Shown here: positions 31,201-38,423 of the stretch, one piece after another
Numbering within the stretch: the stretch's first letter is position 1
How the letters are laid out: each line of letters starts with the position of its first letter
Origin: Ministeria vibrans ATCC 50519
Taxonomy: Eukaryota; Protista; Filasterea
Assembly (NCBI GenBank): GCA_943704425.1
Contig: CALSCP010001042.1
Span: 1 to 38,423, forward strand
Direction: 5' to 3'
DNA: 38,423 nucleotides
Translations under genes and position numbers: made by a program
Notes under the pieces: generated by a model
Told to the model about the DNA's origin: nothing
The model's input: the letters and a program-made list of their open reading frames with translations, nothing else
The model's database searches: none

Positions 31201-32247
31201 GCGGAGGGACATGTACAAAGCACGCCGCCCACGCCAGTGCACGTTCCGCCGTTTACACACGGTGACGAGGTGCACAGAGCCAGGTCAATTTCGCACAAGT
31301 TGCCGTCGAAGCCGCTGGGGCAGATACAGACGCTGTTGTCCTTGTCACAGGTGCCAGCGCTAAGGCAGGGGGAAGAGTCGCAAAAAGGGGGCAGGGCCGG
31401 GTCGACGAGCACCTCGGAGGTGGCGGTCGGTGAGCCAAATGGGACATCACGCGTGCATGTGGCTGTGCTTGGGAACACCATGGAGAGGTGAGTGCTCGAG
31501 TCAAAACGCATGCGATAAAAGGTTTCGCGGTTGAACAGGAGACCCGGCGTGATGATGACGCTGTCCACATTGTAGAAACCGTGAGCGTCCTTCAGCGGAC
31601 CACACTTGATGCGAGCCTGGACGACGAAGATCGAAGTGATCGTGACAAGGTCGGTGCCATCAAAACGGATGCAAAACGAACGCCCGTCGACAATACCGCA
31701 GTACGTGCCAAAGTGCGTCGGACAAGCATCGGTGAGTGGAGCAAGGTGGCACGTCGAGCAGTCGGCGCCGCCCCACGAGTCGGCGCATTCGCATGAGTCG
31801 GGTTCGGTCCCTCCGGACACGCACGAACCCCCGTTGGCACATGGCGACGCTGCACACTCAAGCGCTGCAGAGGACAACAAGCAAACCACTTATTAACCGT
31901 ATGGTATTCGTAGGCCATCAATGCCAAACAGAAAGTTGGCTGTGTACGACAACTAATTTTTTTTTTCTGTTTTTTTTTTTTTTAGGATGTCTCTCTCTCT
32001 CTCTCTCTCTCATTGTCTCTCGCATGTGCCCTCGTCTCAGTTGAGAACGGTGTTAGGATTGCACGTAGCCCTGTTTAGAGTTTGCAGGCAGGGGAGTAGG
32101 GTCAGTCGAGGGGTTTGAAGTGGATGGAGTGCGGTGAACGATTTGACATTCAATTGACACAGAGTGAAGTGATCAATGCATACCGAAAACGCCGTTCCTG
32201 CTGACCATTGCCAACAAGGCAACGAGCGTTGAAACAAATACCCTCAT
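28284..32247 (-). CDS. Secreted multi-EGF plus two LamG-like (concanavalin A/pentraxin-like) domain protein; exons 32247-32184, 31864-28284
   Basis: Signal-peptide exon MRVFVSTLVALLAMVSRNGVF, donor GTATGC, acceptor CTGCAG, frame-consistent. At least 15 EGF repeats visible. LamG-like motifs VWPLD, AVNFDG, FTVAGWV, DGAWHHVAVTFD, TLFVDG; second copy THIAMRYD...VYVNG. No TM segment. Confidence 0.82.
30339..30565. other. Assembly gap (227 N) within near-identical EGF repeats
   Basis: Run of N flanked by near-identical CASQPCANGGVCSSxPNGF units. Confidence 0.9.
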
Positions 32248-33324
32248 TACAAAGAGTCGAGTGCACCGAATAGAAAAAGAGTACTGTTCATTTTCCGTGT
32301 TTTTGAAATCGGATGCACTCGTCGGAGTGTCATCGGACTTGTCGGAGATATGTGAACAACGCGAAATAAGCGAATACGCCGAATGGCGCGAGACGCCATA
32401 GAATAGTACGCTCTTAATTCTTATGAGTACTCCGTACAAATACGATATACCAAGAGGAATGTTTAACGACACACTTCGGCCTGAACGAATTTCGACAGAA
32501 CTCATGGCTTCTGCCTTTGTGAGCCATCCAGAGCTCTCCCAGAGCTCCGACTCGCCACTCACTCGCTCAATCAGCCCAACCACCTGTCTCTGAGAGAGTT
32601 TTCGCGAGCGCGTACGGTGCTAGAGCAGTATCGAAGCAGCATCTGTGCTTCCGAGTCCCCTTGTTTGAAAATGTATTTTTTGAGTGTTTTTTGAAAAGCG
32701 GTCGTTTCGCCCTCATTTCCGCCCCATCGCGCAGTGAAGTGAAGTTCTTAGTCTTAGTAAACAGTAATAGGCTCAACCTGAAGGCGTGAAGGCAAACGAC
32801 AAAGGGTGCGAGAAAATACCACGGAATGCAAATGACTGATGACATCGAGGCAGAATAACAAACGGATCCAGACGGATTGTGCCCGCTGTCGCCCCCGTCG
32901 TCCACGGCCGGCAACCCCTACCCATACGCGTGCTTTTTGCGACCCCTATCAAACCGTCTTGAGGAACCAATCGGTACTGAAGAAGAATCTTTTGCCTTTG
33001 GTCTTTTTTTTTTTTTCGTATCTTTTTTTTTTTTTTTTTGCGGCACGCTTGATTTTCCAAGAAACGGCGCACACGGTGTGCGGAGGAAGCCGACCGGTCC
33101 GGGATAGCCCTCTCCCACAGCAGCATCCGGCATATATGACCAGGCGAAGCGAATAAAGGGCCCCCTGCCTTGTCAGGCGCTCGGACACAGATGCGAGGAA
33201 ATCTTTTTTTTTTTTTTTCTTGTCTTGTCTCCACTTTGCGAACCGCTCAACACCAAATACTTCGTTTTTTTTCTTTGTGCCCCTTTTCCCTTTCCCGCAG
33301 TAAGGCTACGTTTGCCGCTTCAGC

Positions 33325-34594
33325 ATGGAGCCGGGACCTAACCCGTCAGCGGCGAATCTGGCAACTGAGCGACAAGAACAAACTCCTCGGCAACACATGC
33401 CGGGCACTTCCGGCGCCCGCACTATTGTGGGGCCCTCCGGCACGCCGCAGCTCGAATGGCTATCGGCAAAGGACCGCCTTTGGCACACTCGCTATAAGGA
33501 GTTGCTCGAATTCCGAGAAATGTACGGCCATTGTAACGTCCCGCAGCGCTTTGAGCCCAATCGCAAGCTGGGTACTTGGGTAGACACGCAGCGACAAAGC
33601 CGGCGTCTGGGGACATTATCAGAAAGTCGCTTCCAGCGTCTTGAAGCCGTCAATTTTCTTTGGCGCGGCTTCGGCTCGCGCCTGCCGCTCGTGGACGACG
33701 CCGTCGGACTCGCCGACGCCGGCCATCCTGGTGGCGCAGCTCGCGCTCGACGCACCAGTGGGGGTCGAGGGTCGGCGCAGTCTGCAGAGTTGGGGCAGGT
33801 ACGTCCCAAGCGAAAGCGATCCAGTCCGGAGGAACGATTTAGCGGCGACGGCCCCAATGACGACGACAAGTACGCAAATGAGGGTGGCGGCGACAAAAGT
33901 GTCAGTACACAGGATGATGTCATGCGGGAGCGCGACCGCCAAGCCGCCGGTGACAACGGCGACGTGCGCAGGGCCACAATGGGCGGCGGCGGCAACTTCG
34001 GAGAAAGTCGCACTTATCAACAACGTCGTGCTGGCGTCCAGAGCACAGGTGGCAGGCGTTCTAGCGCCTATGACGACGACGAAGACTATAACCAAGACGA
34101 TGACGACGATGATTGGACTGAAGAACAATCGAAACCGTCGAAGAAAGCTCGACGACGAGGGCAGACAACGCGCGAGCGAAACTCCAACTCCAACTACGAG
34201 TCACTCCCAATGCCGCCCAGCCGCAGCGTCTCGACCACTCTAATCCCTTCAACTCATACTCAGGGCCCACATCAACCGCAACAGCAGCAGCAACAACAAT
34301 ATCAAGACTTTCTAGGGCAAGTGCCTCCGCATCGTCTCTCCACGATCTCCTACCCGTCACAAACGACGCTCGCCTCACGCTCCTACTCCACAGTTGCCAA
34401 CGTCGCACCATACTCCTACCCGTACGGGCCCCACGTTGTCTCCCAACACTTCCAGCAGCAGCAACAGCAGCAGCAACAGCCCCCTGCGCTCTTCCCCATG
34501 TACATCTTTCCGCTCGCCTCACACCATTCCCTTCTCGATGCGATCGAGTACCAATTCGTATGATCCCCCTCCTTGCCTCCCTCCGCCCTACCCC

Positions 34595-34631
<37 letters not shown>

Positions 34632-34692
34632 GGCTGTGCAGGCGCAGAATCTTATCTTATCACGTTCGTTCTCATTCAAGAAACCGCTTTAA
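33325..34692 (+). CDS. Stand-alone helicase-associated (HA) domain protein with basic NLS-like motifs and a Q/P/Y-rich C-terminus; likely exons 33325-34557, 34642-34692 (unspliced ORF stops at 34563)
   Basis: WHTRYKELLEFREMYGHCNVPQRFEPNRKLGTWVDTQRQ...LSESRFQRLEAVNFLW fits the HA-domain pattern. In-frame TAA at 33301 fixes the start. Donor GTATGA at 34558 and a pyrimidine-rich CAG acceptor ending 34641 suggest a last exon. Confidence 0.82.
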
Positions 34693-34989
34693 CAATACAA
34701 AACTCCCGTTTTTTATATCCTTACCGTGTGACGTGTGACTCGTGTCCATACAAACCCATTTCATCGCACGACTACGTGCAAAGAAGCCAAAGATGAGAAA
34801 AAACAGTTCACACTTATGAGTGACTTACATTATTTTTTTTTTTTTGCATCGATCCGCTCGATCTCGATCCGCGATCGAACTCGGAAAATTAAAAAAAAAA
34901 AAATTTCAAAATTAATTTTAATAATTTAATAGTACTAATATTCTTTATTCGGTGACTGCTCACTACTGTACTACATCGTGCGTGTCGGT

Positions 34990-35421
34990 TCACTCGTTCG
35001 CGCCAGGCGCATCACTCTGCACAGTCTCTGCTGATTTTGCACTGGTCTGTTCTGTCTCTGTCCCGACCGAATCCTCTTTGCGGTTTGTTTCGGTCGCTTC
35101 TCCTTCTGCTTCGGTCGCCGCACTCCCTTCGGCCGTTTCCTCTTCCTCTGCTTCCACCGCACTCTCTTTATCGTCGACAGCCGCCTCAGAATCCTCGACA
35201 TCTGCCTTGACCGTGACCATATCGCTTGTCGCGCTCGTCAAATCCGTTTCGCCACCCACCACAGCCTTATCCGCCTCCACAGCCCCACCCGCCGCCGGCA
35301 CTGCCTCCGCTGCAGCCACAGCCACACGCCCCCCGCCGATCGTCACGATCTTCTTGTTCACAAGGCATTCCGCCATATCGACCAGCGCTGAAAAAAAAAA
35401 TGAAGAAAATCTGTCTGTCTG

Positions 35422-35512
<91 letters not shown>

Positions 35513-35806
35513 CGCTCTCCAGAGAGAGGCGCATTCCTCTCAGCGCTCTCACTTCACAATCAAATACGATCCGCGTCGTCTCTACTTCCTTCCGTTTGTG
35601 TCGTGTACCTTTCTCGACGGACTGAAACTCAAAGTTTAGCTCCTTTGTGATTTTGGAACTGTCAATGTTGAAGGGCACATTGACATTGTGCGACACAAAC
35701 TGCCAGGTGAGTCCACCCAAGAGTGGACCCACAATGTACATCAGAAACTTGGGAACACACCGCCTGACAGGAGACAGACAGGATAGCGACAAAGCGTGTG
35801 TGAGAG

Positions 35807-35881
<75 letters not shown>

Positions 35882-35898
35882 GGGAGAAAGAAACAAAG

Positions 35899-35936
<38 letters not shown>

Positions 35937-36966
35937 GGGAGAAAGAAACAAAGTGATAGAGAGAGAGAGAGAGAGAGGAGGGAGAAAGAAACAAAGTGAT
36001 AGAGAGAGAGAGAGAGAGGAGTCAGACGGCTTTGTTTTGGTGTGAATGTGTGTTACTTTGGGAGCTTGACATCGGGATAGTGGTCGCGGAGGACATTTGC
36101 GATTTCGAGCATGGAGAGGACCGTAGGCGAAACAATGTGACGACCCTGGGCCTTTGGGTCAAGCACGGCCAGATGGGCTCGTGCCACGTCGCGCACGTCG
36201 ACCAGGCCAATGGAGAGCTGCGGCACCCCCGTGCTCAGCTCGCCACGCAAGTAGCGTGCGAGAAACTCCACTGAGGCAGAGTCGTTGCGGCCCGAGAGAG
36301 TGGGTCCGACGACGAGCGACGGGTTGATGGTGACGAGCGAGTACGTGTCCTGCTCCTTGGCCATCTCCCAGGCCTTCTCCTCGGCGAGCCGCTTGCTCAG
36401 CGAGTACGGACCCTCCTTAAGTGTGCTCTTCAGGTTCCAGTCGGCCTCGGTAAACACATGGCCGACGCCTCGCTCGTCGTTCTGGCCACTGACGGCCGCA
36501 ACGGACGACGTCACGACGACTCGCTTGACACTCGGCGCCTGAGCAACGCTGCGCAGCATGTTCTCCGTGCCCTTGACGGCCGGCTCAATAAACGACTTGG
36601 CCGGATCGGCGACGGCGCCAATCATAAAGGGAGAGGCGGTGTGCATGACTGCGTCGCATCCCTGCACAACCGCATCAAAACTGCCCTCGCGCAGCAGATC
36701 CGCCTCGTAGAACTCAAGGCGGTCCGCCGCCCCCTTTGCCTCCGCAAGAGCCACCAAGAACGCGTGCTTGTTGGCCTCGAGCGAGCGAACTGTGCCGCGC
36801 ACGCTGCAACGTCAACGTACAGAGTGTGTGGGTGTTTTTTTTCTTTTTTCCTTTTTGTGGGTTTGAGGTGCATGTGCGAAATTGTCTACCGGTGTCCCGC
36901 ATCCAACAGCTGGTCGATAATGTGAGATGCAATGTACCCCGTGGCTCCCGACACTGCAATAAGCAT
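34990..36966 (-). CDS. NAD(P)-dependent epimerase/dehydratase family (extended SDR; DFR/cinnamoyl-CoA reductase/GRE2-like) with an acidic C-terminal extension; exons 36966-36890, 36803-36057, 35763-35609, 35387-34990
   Basis: [37 protein letters not shown], catalytic [24 protein letters not shown]. All splice junctions are frame-consistent. Confidence 0.9.
35426..35509. repeat. (CT)n microsatellite in SDR intron 3
   Basis: Directly visible. Confidence 0.95.
35803..36018. repeat. Composite minisatellite: (GA)n tracts separated by three copies of GGAGGGAGAAAGAAACAAAGTGATA, SDR intron 2
   Basis: Directly visible. Confidence 0.9.
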
Positions 36967-37230
36967 TTTGGAAGTAATGTTGGGGGAAAGATCGAAAAAT
37001 AGTCAAAATAGAACTCAATTACTCAAATTATTCAAAAGAGACTCAAGACAAACTCTGAATTACAACAACAAATTCAAGTTGTTAGGGAGACAAGCTGAAA
37101 GAAAGACCAAGAGCCCCGTGCCAGACACTTTCCAAAATTAGCCGAAGAAGACATTAACCGAAACTGAAACAAAATAATGATAAAAATAATTCAGTTTTAC
37201 AAAGGGCAACAGACTGTATAAGACAGATGA

Positions 37231-38322
37231 TCAGTCGGTGCCGGGAATGCGCTTTGCCCGAGCAAGTGCTTCCTCAAACTCTGCATCGGCAGACACATCG
37301 ACATTGACAGAGTCCTCGAGTGGGGTCGTGGTCGAAAGCGTAGTCGCAGAAGGAGAAGAAGACGACGAGGTTGGGTGCGCGTCAGAGTCCGTGGTGTGGG
37401 GACGAATGTTCTTAAAAATGCTCATGGCCTGCGTGACCATGGACGCCACGTCGCCCGTCGCGGCTGGAAGCAGAATCGTATTGTTCGTCTTAGCCAACTT
37501 TCCAAATGCCTGCACGTATTGCTCAGCGACGTTCATCGACACTAAACGGAGGAAGAAGCAGGAGAGTAGAGATTCGGATTGTTAGACGTTGCGTGTGTCA
37601 TTAGGGCTCAGACTTAAAATTAGGGTTAGGGAGGGGTAGAGGTAGGGTAAGGAGTTAGGGTTAAATGTAGGGAGTTAGGGTTAGAGGTAGGATTGTGGTT
37701 GTGCAGACCTGCAGAGTGACCCCCTTCGGCCTCAATCGCACACGCAACCTGCTTAATTCCCGCCGCAGTCGCGGTAGCTCGCTTTAAAATCGCCTCAGCC
37801 TCGCCAGTTGCCTAAAAACAACAAAACAACACCACAATTAATGCAAAAAAAAAACAAGACAAATACGCAGAATCGACACACACACTCTCTCTTTCTAACC
37901 TGATTGACAACAGCCTCGCGCATTCCCTCCGACTCGAGCACGCGCGCACGCTTCTTGCGCTCCGCTGACACTTGCATTTGCATCGCATCTACAACCTTAT
38001 CCGACAGCTGCACATCACCTAAAAATACACACACCCATATCACATTGATTAATGTTGTAGTATTCCTTTCGTACTGATTTCACAGCGCTTTGAGACAACG
38101 CCCCAGGCTGATGATGCATCATTAATGACTTGAACAATGTTATGGTTCAGCTTGGCCCGCTCCTTGAACACCTCATCTGCACACAGACACTCAGCATATT
38201 TATCCCTTTGTTTGTTTGTTTGTTTGTATGTTACCAAGTGTCATGTAACCGATTTCTGAGCGCATTGTGGTCATTGCGAGCTGTTTGACAGCGTATTCAG
38301 CATCTTCAACGCCATAGGATGC
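37231..38322 (-). CDS. STOML2: Stomatin-like protein 2 (SPFH/band 7), 3' part; exons 38322-38235, 38176-38075, 38018-37900, 37811-37709, 37541-37231; 5' end lies outside the window
   Basis: ASYGVEDAEYAVKQLAMTTMRSEIG, VFKERAKLN, AMQMQVSAERKKRARVLESEG, VAEQYVQAFGKLAKTNNTILLP...DVASMVTQAMSIF. Confidence 0.92.
37601..37691 (+). repeat. Degenerate telomere-like (TTAGGG)n tract in the last STOML2 intron
   Basis: Exact TTAGGG at 37601, 37620, 37626, 37655 and 37675, plus variants GTAGGG, TTAGAGG, GTAAGG. Confidence 0.75.
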
Positions 38323-38369
38323 CTAAAAGAAAGCACGACTCTGATAAAATCGTGCTATCACTTGGTTCT

Positions 38370-38423
<54 letters not shown>
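38370..38423. repeat. (CT)n microsatellite, intronic in STOML2
   Basis: Directly visible; runs to the window end. Confidence 0.9.

Noticed and set aside
32248-33300. Possible ncRNA, snoRNA or regulatory uORFs (e.g. MQMTDDIEAE near 32826) in the long divergent spacer
   Set aside because: No convincing box pairing, terminal stem or known RNA motif by eye; would need Infernal/Rfam and transcript data.

Overview
Gene-dense eukaryotic window with GC-rich exons, short canonical GT-AG introns, AT-rich spacers, many microsatellites and three assembly gaps. It holds about 15 protein-coding genes: a partial SLC25 mitochondrial carrier, a D/D-domain plus RS-rich protein, CBP3/UQCC1, APRT, adrenodoxin reductase (FDXR/ARH1), a very large receptor tyrosine kinase, TMEM186, a large alpha-solenoid protein, OFD1, HDAC8, a secreted EGF/LamG protein, a stand-alone HA-domain protein, an NAD(P)-dependent epimerase/reductase and a partial STOML2. 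An animal-type tyrosine kinase, OFD1 and HDAC8 in so compact a genome suggest a flagellated unicellular holozoan; this is inference only. The standout is the RTK: signal peptide, five C-type lectin domains (QPD- and EPN-type), at least 20 Notch-like EGF repeats, a ZU5-like module with a polybasic cleavage-like site, one TM helix, a juxtamembrane tail with 27 tyrosines including 12 YxN motifs, an intact kinase and a C-terminal PDZ-type motif. It looks like a glycan-sensing receptor carrying its own multivalent adaptor scaffold. A secreted EYS/Crumbs-like EGF-LamG protein and a transcription-factor-like HA-domain protein lie nearby. All family calls and splice models were made by eye, with no database search. 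No rRNA, tRNA, CRISPR or transposon could be supported.
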